From positions 45,534 to 109,533 of the forward strand of contig CAIMVM010000171.1 in NCBI GenBank assembly GCA_903844895.1: a DNA stretch of 64,000 nucleotides, given 5' to 3'. The notes below the pieces were generated by a model. The model worked only from the letters and a program-made list of their open reading frames with translations, was not told where the DNA came from and did not search any database. The number at the start of each line of letters is the position of its first letter. Within the stretch, counting starts at the first letter, position 1. The DNA comes from an uncultured Pseudomonadota bacterium. Its GTDB lineage: Bacteria; Bdellovibrionota_B; Oligoflexia; Oligoflexales; CAIMVM01. Below are positions 28,671-39,171 of this stretch, piece after piece. Made by a program: the position numbers and the translations under genes.

Positions 28671-30881
28671 ATGGAAAAATTAATCGAAACCTCTGAATAC
28701 AATCGCTCCGAACTATTTTTGAACAGAGAGCTCAGTTGGGTTGATTTTAATGCGCGCGTCCTAGAAGAGGCCCTTTCAAGCTCTGTTCCTACATTGGAGC
28801 AGGTTAAATTTCTATCTATATTTTCTTCAAATCAAGATGAATTCTTTATGGTGCGAGTTGCGGGCCTGTTAAAGATGCATCGAGAGGGACTTTCTATTTG
28901 TGAATCTCCAGATGAGCTTGAAATTCAAAAAGCACTTAACCTCATTCAGTCTAAGACTGCGACCTTAATCGAGAAGCAGTACAAACACTTGACCCAAGAA
29001 ATTTTGCCCACACTTGCTAAGTTGAATGTTAGGTTAGTGCCTTGGGAAGAGGTACTAGAGGATGAAAGAAAAGCTTTAACCACCTATTTTATGGACAATA
29101 TACTTCCGATTCTTACTCCTTTGGCAGTAGATGAGTCCCATCCTTTTCCATTTCTAAATAATCTTTCTCTTTACTTAGTTCTAACATTTAGAGAGATGGA
29201 CACCTTAGGAAAACATCGCATCGGATTTGTCCGGGTCCCAGCAGTTCTTTCTAGGTTTGTGAAATTGGAATCTAGAAGTGGGCATCAATTTCTCCTCTTA
29301 GAAGAACTTATAATCCATCATCTAGACAAACTCTTCTTAGGGGCACATGTGGACACGGTTCACCCTATTCGCGTCACGAGAAGTCTTGACTATAGCCTAT
29401 TAGAGAATAAAGTCGTAGATCTCTTGAAGACCATGGAAAAAGAGATTCTAGACACCAGAAATCAGCAGGCTGTTCGTCTAGAAGTCGATGAGTCCCTACC
29501 CCTCGAGGTTTTGGACCTCTTTAGATCTAAATTGAAAATCAACGGTTTGTTTATTTATCGCCTTAATGGTCCTCTAGCTCTGGATCAATTTATGGCGCTC
29601 TATAGTCTTCCCTTTCCGGAACTGAAAGATGGACATTTTAATCCGCGACTACCAGCCAGAATGTCGGCCGATGAAAGCATATTTAACATCATTACCAAAG
29701 GCGATATGCTGGTTCATCATCCCTACGAGAGCTTCTATGCTGTGACAGAGTTTATTCAAGCAGCGGCGGAAGACCCAAATGTTCTTGCCATTAAGCAAAC
29801 ACTTTATCGAAGCGCAGGTGACTCTCCTGTAATTGAATCCCTTATCCGAGCAGCCGAAGAAGGAAAGCAGGTCACTGCGGTTATTGAGCTAAAAGCGAGA
29901 TTTGATGAAAAAAACAACATTGTTTGGGCCAAACGCCTGGAAGCTGCGGGAGTTCATGTCGTTTACGGCTTCGTCGGGTTGAAAACCCACGCTAAGATGG
30001 CACTTGTTGTCCGCAAAGAAGGTGCCAAGATGGAAAGGTATATGCATCTAAGCACCGGAAACTACAACGCTAAAACAGCCAAACTCTATACAGATGTGAG
30101 CCTCTTTACAAAAGACAAAAAAATTGGGGAGGACGTATCCACGATTTTCAATATGCTTACAGGCTTTAATCATATTACAGAATATAAAAATAATCCGGCG
30201 ATCTTGCCCAAATTGAATAAACTGCTCATTGCGCCTGTGCAGCTTAGGGAAAAAATTGTCAGCTTGATTTCTGATGAAATTATAGCTCACAAGCAAAAAG
30301 GCGGGGGTCTTATCTTTGCCAAAATGAACGCCCTAGCCGATCGGGCCATCATTGCGGAGCTCTATCGGGCCAGCGCCGCAGGTGTAAAAGTCAATCTTAT
30401 AGTTAGAGGCATCAACTGCCTTAAAGTTGGAATTCCCGGAGTCAGTGAAAATATTCGAGTTATTTCCGTAATTGATCGCTTCCTAGAGCATTCTCGACTT
30501 TATTATTTCGGTGCTACCGATCGAGCATTTATAGGTAGTGCGGATCTGATGACACGAAATATGGACATGCGCATTGAGCTTTGGTTTCCGGTCGAAGACA
30601 AGTCCATCAAAGATCGCATGGTCAATGAAATACTAACCACCTCATGGTCAGATAATGTAAAAGCGCGGGAAATGCAGCCTGACGGCAACTATATTTTGCG
30701 CACCCCTGAGCCAGATTCCCCCGCCATAAGGTCACAAGCTCTCTTCATAAAAATCGCACGTTCAGGCGGCATTAAATCTCTTCCCTATGAGACAGCACTT
30801 CGATATAACAGAACACGTAAAGAAAAACAGCGCCCAGTATTGATAGGCGAAAAGGTGTCTAAGAAAAAAACTAAGGAGTGA
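28671..30881 (+). CDS. ppk: Polyphosphate kinase 1
   Basis: Full-length PPK1 (ELSWVDFNARVLEEA, two PLD-like C domains with THAKM). ATG 28671 preferred over listed TTG 28659. Confidence 0.9.
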   Translation: MEKLIETSEYNRSELFLNRELSWVDFNARVLEEALSSSVPTLEQVKFLSIFSSNQDEFFMVRVAGLLKMHREGLSICESPDELEIQKALNLIQSKTATLIEKQYKHLTQEILPTLAKLNVRLVPWEEVLEDERKALTTYFMDNILPILTPLAVDESHPFPFLNNLSLYLVLTFREMDTLGKHRIGFVRVPAVLSRFVKLESRSGHQFLLLEELIIHHLDKLFLGAHVDTVHPIRVTRSLDYSLLENKVVDLLKTMEKEILDTRNQQAVRLEVDESLPLEVLDLFRSKLKINGLFIYRLNGPLALDQFMALYSLPFPELKDGHFNPRLPARMSADESIFNIITKGDMLVHHPYESFYAVTEFIQAAAEDPNVLAIKQTLYRSAGDSPVIESLIRAAEEGKQVTAVIELKARFDEKNNIVWAKRLEAAGVHVVYGFVGLKTHAKMALVVRKEGAKMERYMHLSTGNYNAKTAKLYTDVSLFTKDKKIGEDVSTIFNMLTGFNHITEYKNNPAILPKLNKLLIAPVQLREKIVSLISDEIIAHKQKGGGLIFAKMNALADRAIIAELYRASAAGVKVNLIVRGINCLKVGIPGVSENIRVISVIDRFLEHSRLYYFGATDRAFIGSADLMTRNMDMRIELWFPVEDKSIKDRMVNEILTTSWSDNVKAREMQPDGNYILRTPEPDSPAIRSQALFIKIARSGGIKSLPYETALRYNRTRKEKQRPVLIGEKVSKKKTKE

Positions 30882-30885
30882 CTTC

Positions 30886-32454
30886 ATGGCCACAAAACCT
30901 ATAGCTGCCATTGATATAGGTTCAAACTCCATGCACCTCATAGTGGCTCGCATGTGCCAGAATGGAACCTTTGAACATCTGGATAGCCACAAAGTAACGA
31001 CTCGCCTTGCTGCCTATTTGGACAGTTCGGGTAAGCTTTCTGAAGAAGGTATTGCCGTTTTACTTAAAACGCTGCAGGAGATGAAGTCTATCGCCTCAGG
31101 GTATGATCCTGAGTTTCGCGTGATTGCTACACATGCGACGCGTACCTCTAAAAATCGAAAGACCATTATTGCTAGAGCATATCAGGAGTTAGGACTTTCC
31201 ATTGAGGTCATCGATGGCTTGGAAGAAGCTCGCCTGGCGAGTCTAGGCATGGCGTCTTCTCTCTCGCTTAAAAATCAGTCTTTTTTAGGCCTAGACATCG
31301 GCGGCGGCAGTACGGAAATTATTTATAGAAATGCTCAAAAACAGTTGGAACGTTGCGCATCCCTGCAAATTGGTACGGTTGCATTGCAAAAAATGTTTGA
31401 GTCTGAAGAAGGCCCTACAGACATAGAACTTAAACGCCTTAAAGAGATCCTACATAACAAGATTACGCCGCTGGCTTCTGAAGTAGAAAACATGCCCCGC
31501 GACACAAAACGACTCGCAGTTGCCTGCTCAGGCACAGCCAAAGCTGCGGCAAACTTAATTCATCAAATGAAGTTTGGACGTCCTCTTTTAGACGCCAATG
31601 CATTTGTTTTTAACGCAAATGAACTTCATGAACTCGCGGCCTCATTAGAATCTCTCAGGAGTCCAAAGGCGATTCGAGCAAAATACACCCTGGACAAAGA
31701 CCGAAGTGAGGTAGTTTTGGTCGGCATAGAAATTCTTCTTGCCATAACCGACCACCTTAAGATTTCGAAATGGAGCGTTTCCACTTATGGACTAAGAGAA
31801 GGTATTATTCTTGACTCGGCCCAGCAGGCAGAGGCTAGCTCGGACTCTCTCGATCCTAGAATGGAATCTATTCGAAGCTTTGCTAGAAGATACCGCGTAG
31901 ATGAGCCCCAAGTAGAAAGGGTCCAAAATTTCGCCGTTTCAATTTATAATCAAATTGGTCACCTTACAGCTGGACACGGCGTACTTCAAAAAGATGAACT
32001 CCTATTGTTAAAAGCAGGCAGTTGGCTGCATGAAGTCGGAAAATTCGTAGCCTATTCCAAATATCACCGCCACTCTCACTACCTCATCGCAAATGGTACT
32101 TTGCAGGGATATACGGAGAAGGAGCGTTTAGCTATTGCGCTCATTTGCCGGTTTCATAGAAAACGAAATGCTTTGATCAATAAAGATGACTTTGAAACCT
32201 TTACGGAACCGGAAGCAAAGAGAATTATTACCCTATCCGCTATTTTGCGACTTTCCGCCTCGTTGGCAAGAGGACGCCGGGAATGTATTCAAGCGGTCCA
32301 GGCGACGATTCAAGGAAATAACCTTACCCTTGAAGTGATTGCAGCAAAAAATCAAAATCCTGATGTCGAACTTGATAGGGTGAGAGAAGAACTGTTTGTT
32401 TTAGAGAGCGGCTTACAAAAGACTATCTCAATCAGTCGCCGTTCTGTTTCCTAA
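30886..32454 (+). CDS. ppx: Exopolyphosphatase (Ppx/GppA) with C-terminal HD domain
   Basis: AAIDIGSNSMHL and LDIGGGSTE ASKHA motifs. HD-type region HEVGKFVAYSKYHRHSHY. Confidence 0.85.
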   Translation: MATKPIAAIDIGSNSMHLIVARMCQNGTFEHLDSHKVTTRLAAYLDSSGKLSEEGIAVLLKTLQEMKSIASGYDPEFRVIATHATRTSKNRKTIIARAYQELGLSIEVIDGLEEARLASLGMASSLSLKNQSFLGLDIGGGSTEIIYRNAQKQLERCASLQIGTVALQKMFESEEGPTDIELKRLKEILHNKITPLASEVENMPRDTKRLAVACSGTAKAAANLIHQMKFGRPLLDANAFVFNANELHELAASLESLRSPKAIRAKYTLDKDRSEVVLVGIEILLAITDHLKISKWSVSTYGLREGIILDSAQQAEASSDSLDPRMESIRSFARRYRVDEPQVERVQNFAVSIYNQIGHLTAGHGVLQKDELLLLKAGSWLHEVGKFVAYSKYHRHSHYLIANGTLQGYTEKERLAIALICRFHRKRNALINKDDFETFTEPEAKRIITLSAILRLSASLARGRRECIQAVQATIQGNNLTLEVIAAKNQNPDVELDRVREELFVLESGLQKTISISRRSVS

Positions 32455-32481
32455 TCGCCGATACATTTATAGGGATTTGCC

Positions 32482-33444
32482 GTGAAGAAAAGTGGATTTT
32501 CATTTGATAGCTATATAGCCAGCCTCAAATCCCTAGAGTCAAAGATTCTTTCGGGCCAACCAGTCGTAGCCATATCTTATGGTGCATGTCCATTTTTAAT
32601 CTCTGAGGCCATTAAATATCTACAGAAGAAAGCATCGTCAACGCAAATCGACCTTAAACTTATCGATTTGTCGGAATCACAGGGAAAAGGTCTTAGTGAC
32701 CACTGGAATCAAGTCGGACTTTTTACAAGTCACTCCCTTTGTGTCGTTTACGGCTTAGAAAAATCTAAAGAAGGTCTACGGCAATTTTTAGCACTAGCTG
32801 GCAAACCTAGCTCTAATTCTTTTTTGTTTTCCTATCCTAAAGCTGATCTTCCTAAGGGATTATCGGATAAAGTGGCTCCTATTTCGTGTCACCCCCCGCT
32901 TTACCAAAACCTTAAAAAAGCCATACATTGGATCGCTCTTAACCTGGATTTAGATATTCGCGATGATGCTGTTCAGGCCTTAATTCATCTCAACGGATCA
33001 GACCTTACTGCCATTAAAAACTCTCTTATGATTGCGCAGCTTAAACGCCCTGACCAGAAGAGCATTACAAGTTCTCAACTTTTGGAGCAAGGCGTTTTTT
33101 TACGAGAAGATGAGTCTTTGCGACTTTCACAACTCATCTTAGAGGGCGCCAAAGCAGAAGCACTACTTTTGCTTCAAGACCTCATATCAAGAGGCGAGTC
33201 TGCGTTAGCAATACTTGGGATTATGTCAAGACTCTGTCGAACTTCGATCTCATCTCTAGAGCGACGCCTTGACTCCAACCTGCCCCCAATGGTCGCCAGG
33301 CAATACTCAAATTATGCGCAAAAACAAGGGCTGGCTTCTATGGCCCTCGGCCTTAGAGCTTGTTCCGAAGCAGATATCTCATTAAAATCGGGCACTAAGG
33401 CCAGTGACTTCCACATCCTAGCAAATCTGTTAAACTATCTCTAG
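32482..33444 (+). CDS. holA: DNA polymerase III delta subunit (probable)
   Basis: GTG start. 320 aa. Pattern of an N-terminal clamp-loader-like domain, a central ...AVQALIHLNGSDLTAIKNSL... block and a C-terminal helical domain fits HolA. Assigned by eye. Confidence 0.6.
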   Translation: MKKSGFSFDSYIASLKSLESKILSGQPVVAISYGACPFLISEAIKYLQKKASSTQIDLKLIDLSESQGKGLSDHWNQVGLFTSHSLCVVYGLEKSKEGLRQFLALAGKPSSNSFLFSYPKADLPKGLSDKVAPISCHPPLYQNLKKAIHWIALNLDLDIRDDAVQALIHLNGSDLTAIKNSLMIAQLKRPDQKSITSSQLLEQGVFLREDESLRLSQLILEGAKAEALLLLQDLISRGESALAILGIMSRLCRTSISSLERRLDSNLPPMVARQYSNYAQKQGLASMALGLRACSEADISLKSGTKASDFHILANLLNYL

Positions 33445-33479
33445 AGCACTCCCGCTTAATTCTAGAGAGAGATAACATC

Positions 33480-34415
33480 ATGACCTGGTTTTTATTAACC
33501 TTAGGTTTTTTGCTTACACCTGCTGCATTTTCCTCAGAGCTAAAGCAAGAAACAAAAGAAGTGTCTAACCTCGAGCTTCTGCCTAGCGCCGTTCATCGTG
33601 AAGCCTTGCTTGAAGATATGCCTTTTACCTCAATATCACTTAGCGAAACGGGCGAAGCTTGGATTGCAGGAAAGCATAGTCTTTGGAAATGGACCCCTGC
33701 CATAGGGGGCCTTAAAAAAATGGAAATCCCCTCTGAGGGTCTCGCACGCGTCATTTCTTGGACAGCAGGCTCTGCTGTTTTTCAGACTTTAAAAAAAGTC
33801 TACATGATTTGGGACCAGCCCGTGAGTATAAAAGAAATCTATAGTGGCACGAAAGTCGCCTTGGACCTTAACCCGGAAGGCTTGCTTGCTATTGGGTCAA
33901 AACAGAGTTTTTTAATCACCAGAGAGCTTCATTCCAAAATGCCCATGTCCACTGATTTAGCTGGCTGTGAAGCAATATCTTTAGGGGAAAAGGGACAGGT
34001 TTTCTGCCGGATCAAGGGAGAGATATTCCTTGCAAGCAAGGACCAAGCTAAAATGAAGCTCATCCTTAAAACTAAATCCGAAATTAAAGCATTCCGGGCG
34101 TTTGGTGATTCCGTAGTGGTTGTAAGCGATAAAGCTGTATGGGTCATAGGTACTGATGGTTCACTTCTAAAAACGGTTATCCCTCAGACCGGAAAAAAAA
34201 TTGCTGCGAGTTACTTAGATACTCACAATCATGCTTTTCTTTTTAGTGATAAACTTTTTGAAGTCAATCAAATAGGCGAGAAAAAGAAAATTACAACTTG
34301 GCTATCCGCTCCTGGCACGAAGGTAGTGGATGACTTATCTTATAAAAATGGTAGGATTGGATTGATACTTGACGGATTTCCCTACATCTTTCAACTTGAG
34401 CAAATTCGCAAATGA
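33480..34415 (+). CDS. Hypothetical secreted protein (311 aa)
   Basis: Signal peptide LLTLGFLLTPAAFSSE. Beta-rich repetitive sequence. 4-nt overlap with the downstream Slt gene. Confidence 0.6.
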   Translation: MTWFLLTLGFLLTPAAFSSELKQETKEVSNLELLPSAVHREALLEDMPFTSISLSETGEAWIAGKHSLWKWTPAIGGLKKMEIPSEGLARVISWTAGSAVFQTLKKVYMIWDQPVSIKEIYSGTKVALDLNPEGLLAIGSKQSFLITRELHSKMPMSTDLAGCEAISLGEKGQVFCRIKGEIFLASKDQAKMKLILKTKSEIKAFRAFGDSVVVVSDKAVWVIGTDGSLLKTVIPQTGKKIAASYLDTHNHAFLFSDKLFEVNQIGEKKKITTWLSAPGTKVVDDLSYKNGRIGLILDGFPYIFQLEQIRK

Positions 34416-36760
34416 AACAGTGTTTTACAAGCTTTATTTTTATACTGGCAAGTAGTACTGCCATGGCGAAAGCTTCCCCTAAAACGTTGCCTTCCATCGG
34501 AATTGAAACTGGCTTTGATGCGAAAATTAAAGATGTTTCTGATTTTGTCAAATCAAACAAATCCGGTCAGGCAGCATGGCTAGCAACAACTATACTTCAG
34601 GCTTCGTCACTCAGCGAAAAAAAGGACCTTAAAAAAGCCAGCTTAAAATATTTAGAAATCGTTAAGCAATACGACCGCGACCTCGGTAAATATGCGTTTT
34701 CTGAATTTCTTAAGCTTAAACTCGAAAATTCATCTGAAATAGATACTGATATAAAAAAAGTGTTAGTTCAATTAAATGCAGCCCATCAAAAAAGTCCTAT
34801 TCCCTTATTTAGGCGCGTCAAGGCCATTTCGCGCGCCGATTTGGATCCTTTTTTAGGTTTGTTTGGGATGCAAAGCCAAAAAGCTAAGTCTCCATCTATG
34901 GCGCCCTCGACAGCTTCGATTCCAGCAAGCGGGCTTCCCAGCGATGATCCCTTACTTTTATCTTTGTCAAAGCAGCGCTGCGAAATGGAAAAATTGGAGT
35001 CTGATGCTGATAAAAAGAATTGGCTCGATTGGGAGGCTACTCTACCTGCAGGACTCAACGATTATCTCTCCGGGTTGATTGATAACTGTCGGGGACGAAG
35101 TGGAAACGCTGAATCGAAATTTAAAAAGGTGATCGCGAACAGTGATCTTATGACTAAATTTCCGGCCCAATACCTTTGGACTGCTAAATCCCTTGCATTG
35201 TTGCAACGTCGAGCAGTAGATCGATTTGTTGCTATAGATACCTTTCGCCTGTTGGCTAAGCTTTGGAATGCAAACCCATTGACGCCTGAAAACTCAAAGA
35301 TGGATGCAACTGCAATCACCTACGAGAAAGCCAATGACTTAGCCTGGGCCTGCCGCGTTCTAGCGTGGCGCTCCGAATATTCGGAAGCACAGTCCTACTG
35401 TGAAAATTCCATTGAAACGGCAACGACTTGGACTAAGCTGCCAGAAAATAAAACCTCAAAGCGCTATCAAAGTTTTGCTGAGCTGGTTGCTGAAGGGTAT
35501 CAAACACTTGCAGATCGGATTCTTACTGAAAAGCAAGATTGGTCTGGTGCTCAAAAAATTATGACTACAGCCTTAGCCAGTGAACTTGACTTTGGAAGCT
35601 CATGGACCGGGCGCCTAAAGTGGCATTTGGCGTTTTATACTTGGCTCGACAAAGACTATAAAAACGCTGAAGGTTTATTTCTTTCTGCTGCAGATAGCTC
35701 TGCAAATCGCATGGATCAAGAACGCGGCGTATTTTGGGCTGCTCGTGCCGCAAAGGCCCAAGGTAATGAAGATAGATACAAAGACCTAACGTCTCGCCTT
35801 CGAAAAGACTTTCCTATATCTTTTTATACTTTAGTGCTCCTTCCACAATTGGAGGGAACGACTCCCAGCATTCCGGGGTTAAGCTCAGACTTATTAGTAA
35901 AACGACTTTTGCTGCATGAGGATATCGCGGCGACATTGAATAAATCCCAAGACAAAAACCTCAAACTAAATTTCGAGACTTTAAATGTTTTGATAGCATT
36001 TGATATCCAACCTTTCGCAGCACTGCTTGCTCGAGATATCCATGATCAGATCAAAGAAAGTACCTCCCTCAATTCAAATCCTGAGCTTTGGATACTTTCT
36101 GCTAAGGCTCTCTTGTCTGCAGGTGACGCATCTAAAGGCATGGCTGTAGCCTCCCAGGTAGGTTCCACTTTCAAGGATGTTTCGCAAAAGAAGCCTGATC
36201 TTTTATTCTATATTTATCCCCGCCCTTACTTGGAACTCTATCAATTGAACGCGGAGGCTGAAAAGCTGCCGATATCGCTACTTTTAGGAATTTCCAGACA
36301 AGAATCTACTTTTGCCCCGGCTATTGTCTCTCCTGCTAAGGCGATTGGCCTCATGCAACTCATCGTTGCTACTGCCGACAGAATGGCAAAAGCGAAGGGC
36401 CTTATCCTAAAAGACACTTTTGAAGAGCTGCAAAACCCCGCCGTAAACATCACTCTTGGCTCCGCCTATTTAGGACTGTTGTTGAAACATTATCAACAAA
36501 ATGAGGTTCAGGCTGTCGCTGCCTATAATGCGGGTGAAGGTATGATAGATCTCTGGATGAAGAACCGTATCTTGCCAGACCAAATGGCCTGGATCGAAGC
36601 CATTCCCTTTGGGGAAACCCGCAATTATGTGAAGACTGTGCTTAGAAATAGAGCTGTCTATGACCTTTTATCTGCCTACCATGGGGCCAGCGCCCTGAAA
36701 ACACCAACCAAAATCGTCGGCAGAGACGAACAGCATTTGAAAAAAACAAAGAAATTGTAG
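34412..36760 (+). CDS. Soluble lytic murein transglycosylase (Slt70-like)
   Basis: Long superhelical N-terminal region plus a C-terminal SLT domain with catalytic ISRQESTF, GLMQL and AAYNAGEG motifs. Confidence 0.85.
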   Translation: MKQCFTSFIFILASSTAMAKASPKTLPSIGIETGFDAKIKDVSDFVKSNKSGQAAWLATTILQASSLSEKKDLKKASLKYLEIVKQYDRDLGKYAFSEFLKLKLENSSEIDTDIKKVLVQLNAAHQKSPIPLFRRVKAISRADLDPFLGLFGMQSQKAKSPSMAPSTASIPASGLPSDDPLLLSLSKQRCEMEKLESDADKKNWLDWEATLPAGLNDYLSGLIDNCRGRSGNAESKFKKVIANSDLMTKFPAQYLWTAKSLALLQRRAVDRFVAIDTFRLLAKLWNANPLTPENSKMDATAITYEKANDLAWACRVLAWRSEYSEAQSYCENSIETATTWTKLPENKTSKRYQSFAELVAEGYQTLADRILTEKQDWSGAQKIMTTALASELDFGSSWTGRLKWHLAFYTWLDKDYKNAEGLFLSAADSSANRMDQERGVFWAARAAKAQGNEDRYKDLTSRLRKDFPISFYTLVLLPQLEGTTPSIPGLSSDLLVKRLLLHEDIAATLNKSQDKNLKLNFETLNVLIAFDIQPFAALLARDIHDQIKESTSLNSNPELWILSAKALLSAGDASKGMAVASQVGSTFKDVSQKKPDLLFYIYPRPYLELYQLNAEAEKLPISLLLGISRQESTFAPAIVSPAKAIGLMQLIVATADRMAKAKGLILKDTFEELQNPAVNITLGSAYLGLLLKHYQQNEVQAVAAYNAGEGMIDLWMKNRILPDQMAWIEAIPFGETRNYVKTVLRNRAVYDLLSAYHGASALKTPTKIVGRDEQHLKKTKKL

Positions 36761-36804
36761 TAATGTATTAGCTCCACCAGACAAATGCGACGAGGAGACC
36801 CTTA

Positions 36805-36948
36805 ATGCAAAGTGACAACGCAAAACGAGATCTTGAAAAAGAAGGTAAGGGCTACTGGTCATTAATGCTCATAGTGCTTCTTTTCCCTATTGCCTTCTTT
36901 CTGTGCGCCTTTTTTCCTATTTGGATGGGATGGACCAAAAGCTATTAG
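36805..36948 (+). CDS. Small single-TM ORF (47 aa), below the ORF-track cutoff
   Basis: ATG 36805 preceded by GAGGAG (36792-36797). Product MQSDNAKRDLEKEGKGYWSLMLIVLLFPIAFFLCAFFPIWMGWTKSY has one clear TM helix. Confidence 0.45.
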   Translation: MQSDNAKRDLEKEGKGYWSLMLIVLLFPIAFFLCAFFPIWMGWTKSY

Positions 36949-37156
36949 GTCTAAGGTTTTCTATTGATTGGAATTTCAAGGCTCCGGCGGCATTGTTTGT
37001 TAGCATTTGGCCGGCCTTTGCAATCGCCGGCTTTTATCTCAACGTGCTGAAATTGTTGTTTTTTTCTTATTTTAATTTCCCTTTCTAGCTGAAGACGGTA
37101 TAGCCTACGGTTTCAACCTATTGCAGGGTGTGACTCAGGTTTAAGAAAGGTTTTTC

Positions 37157-38062
37157 ATGACGGAAGCGTCTTTATCTCTAGCTGTCCCAAAATGGCGAGA
37201 CCTATTTGTTATGACAAAGCCAACCATTACGTTACTTGTCGTCATAACAGCAATTCCTGGCCTTTTGCTGGGAGCTTCGAGTCTTCCTGAATATTCTTTA
37301 CTTCTCTGGACCTGTTTAGGCGCAGGCCTTGCCAGCTCGTCGGCTGCGGTGTTTAACCAAGTCGTCGAACATAAAATTGATCAGACCATGCAAAGAACCC
37401 AAAAAAGAGGCGTGGCAAGTAATAGGATTTCGCGATTTGAGGCCTCTGTTTTTGGATTGATACTCGGTGCTTTAGGAATGGGAATTCTCTATACCGAAGT
37501 TAATCCCCTATCTGCTTATGTGGCGCTTTCTGGTCACATTTTCTATGTTGTGGTCTACACACTAATTTTAAAGAAGCGCACCGTGCAAAACATCGTTATT
37601 GGAGGAGCAGCCGGTTCGGTTGGCCCGCTGATCGGCTTTGCTGCAGCAAGCAACTCTTTGCCCTGGGAAGCTTGGATGATGTTTGCGCTTATTTTTCTTT
37701 GGACACCACCACACTTTTGGGCACTAGCTTTAAAATACCAAAATGATTATGCAGCTGCTGGTATCCCTATGTACCCTGTGGTGCACGGCGATCATAAGAC
37801 GCGAAAGGTGATTTATCTTTACGCCTTGACCTTGGTTCCGGTTGTCGGCAGCTTCTATTTGATGACATCGGTAGGCTTTTGGGGTGCCACAATAAGTATG
37901 CTTTTAACCCTAAAATTTTCCTACGACACCTGGCGCCTTTATAGATCTGGAACTAACGATTTGGCCATGCCTGTGTTCCACTATAGTTGCCTTTATACAT
38001 TTCTAGTTTTTGGCATCATTGCCATAGAACGGCTGATTCACCTTCTGCCAAAAGTTGGGTAA
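37157..38062 (+). CDS. ctaB: Protoheme IX farnesyltransferase (heme O synthase)
   Basis: UbiA-fold polytopic protein with the KPTITLLVVITAIPG start and NQVVEHKIDQTMQRTQKRG and PPHFWALAL motifs. Confidence 0.9.
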   Translation: MTEASLSLAVPKWRDLFVMTKPTITLLVVITAIPGLLLGASSLPEYSLLLWTCLGAGLASSSAAVFNQVVEHKIDQTMQRTQKRGVASNRISRFEASVFGLILGALGMGILYTEVNPLSAYVALSGHIFYVVVYTLILKKRTVQNIVIGGAAGSVGPLIGFAAASNSLPWEAWMMFALIFLWTPPHFWALALKYQNDYAAAGIPMYPVVHGDHKTRKVIYLYALTLVPVVGSFYLMTSVGFWGATISMLLTLKFSYDTWRLYRSGTNDLAMPVFHYSCLYTFLVFGIIAIERLIHLLPKVG

Positions 38063-38066
38063 TCCA

Positions 38067-38183
38067 ATGAAAGATAAAAAAGAGCTCAAAGTAGACTTTA
38101 GGGATGGAAATAGATTTTATTTATATCTAGCTTTTATTACTTTTTTCGCGCTCATAGTGTGGCTATCCTCACTTGGAAAATAA
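38067..38183 (+). CDS. Small single-TM ORF (38 aa) 4 nt after ctaB (speculative)
   Basis: ATG 38067. Product MKDKKELKVDFRDGNRFYLYLAFITFFALIVWLSSLGK. No strong RBS, so possibly coupled to the ctaB stop. Confidence 0.3.
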   Translation: MKDKKELKVDFRDGNRFYLYLAFITFFALIVWLSSLGK

Positions 38184-39096
38184 CATCATCGGCGTCACCG
38201 CCAAAAGCTTTCTATCCAACAAAACCCTTGTTGCTGAATTAAAGAAGACCTTTCCAGATTTTCAAATACTGACTAACGGAAGCGATCAAGAAATTCTAGA
38301 TCAGTCACGTTATGCCCTGATTGGACGGGAGCTTATAAACAGCCATACATTGCCCCCAAAGCTTAAAACGATCATAAAATATGGCGTTGGTCTCGACAAT
38401 ATCGACCTAGACTATTGCTCAAAAAGCAACGTCTCAGTCTATTATGCTCCCGGAGTGAATCGGGAAGAAGTTGTCGAGCAAGCTCTCGGCTTTATGATTG
38501 GTCTGAGCCGTAACTTGTATCGTGCCAATAGCGAGATGCACAAAGGGGAGTGGATCAAAGACGGTGGCCGCAGCCTATCCGAACTAACGGTCGGCATTAT
38601 CGGAGCAGGCAACATTGGGGGGAAGCTAGCTGAGATTTTATCAACGACCTTTAGACCCAAGTTAATGATTTGCGACATCGTTGATAAGTCCCCATTGGCC
38701 CAAAATTGGAATGCACGACTAGCGAGCCTTGAGGAATGCCTCGCCTTTTGTGACATCATTACTTTTCATGTGCCCTTAACACCTCAAACCATAAATTTAG
38801 TGTCAGATCACCATCTCACGATGATGAAGCCTGGCTTGATACTCATAAACACATCTCGAGGTGAAGTTATATCTGAGACGGCTCTTATTCGCGGTCTTGA
38901 GCAAAAGATCATCGCTGGGGCTGCTCTAGATGTTTTTCATGAAGAGCCTTTAGCGAAAGATTCTAAACTAAGATCCTTTGAACAGGTGATTCTCTCGCCC
39001 CATACATCCGGCAATTCGCATGCGGCCGTTTTAAAAATGGGGAGGGCTGCGATCGAGCTTTTAAAGTCCGCCATACAGTCCTCAAGAGAATTTTGA
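38173..39096 (+). CDS. D-isomer-specific 2-hydroxyacid dehydrogenase (PGDH-like)
   Basis: GIIGAGNIGGKLA NAD motif and NTSRGEVI...ALDVFHEEP...SPHTSG catalytic region. The TTG start is uncertain. Confidence 0.8.
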   Translation: MENNIIGVTAKSFLSNKTLVAELKKTFPDFQILTNGSDQEILDQSRYALIGRELINSHTLPPKLKTIIKYGVGLDNIDLDYCSKSNVSVYYAPGVNREEVVEQALGFMIGLSRNLYRANSEMHKGEWIKDGGRSLSELTVGIIGAGNIGGKLAEILSTTFRPKLMICDIVDKSPLAQNWNARLASLEECLAFCDIITFHVPLTPQTINLVSDHHLTMMKPGLILINTSRGEVISETALIRGLEQKIIAGAALDVFHEEPLAKDSKLRSFEQVILSPHTSGNSHAAVLKMGRAAIELLKSAIQSSREF

Positions 39097-39171
39097 CCGA
39101 TGCGGGATATAGTTGACTTTTTTACTAAAGATTAATAGTTTTCTCGCCTAGAGCCTAATGGAGATAAAGCC

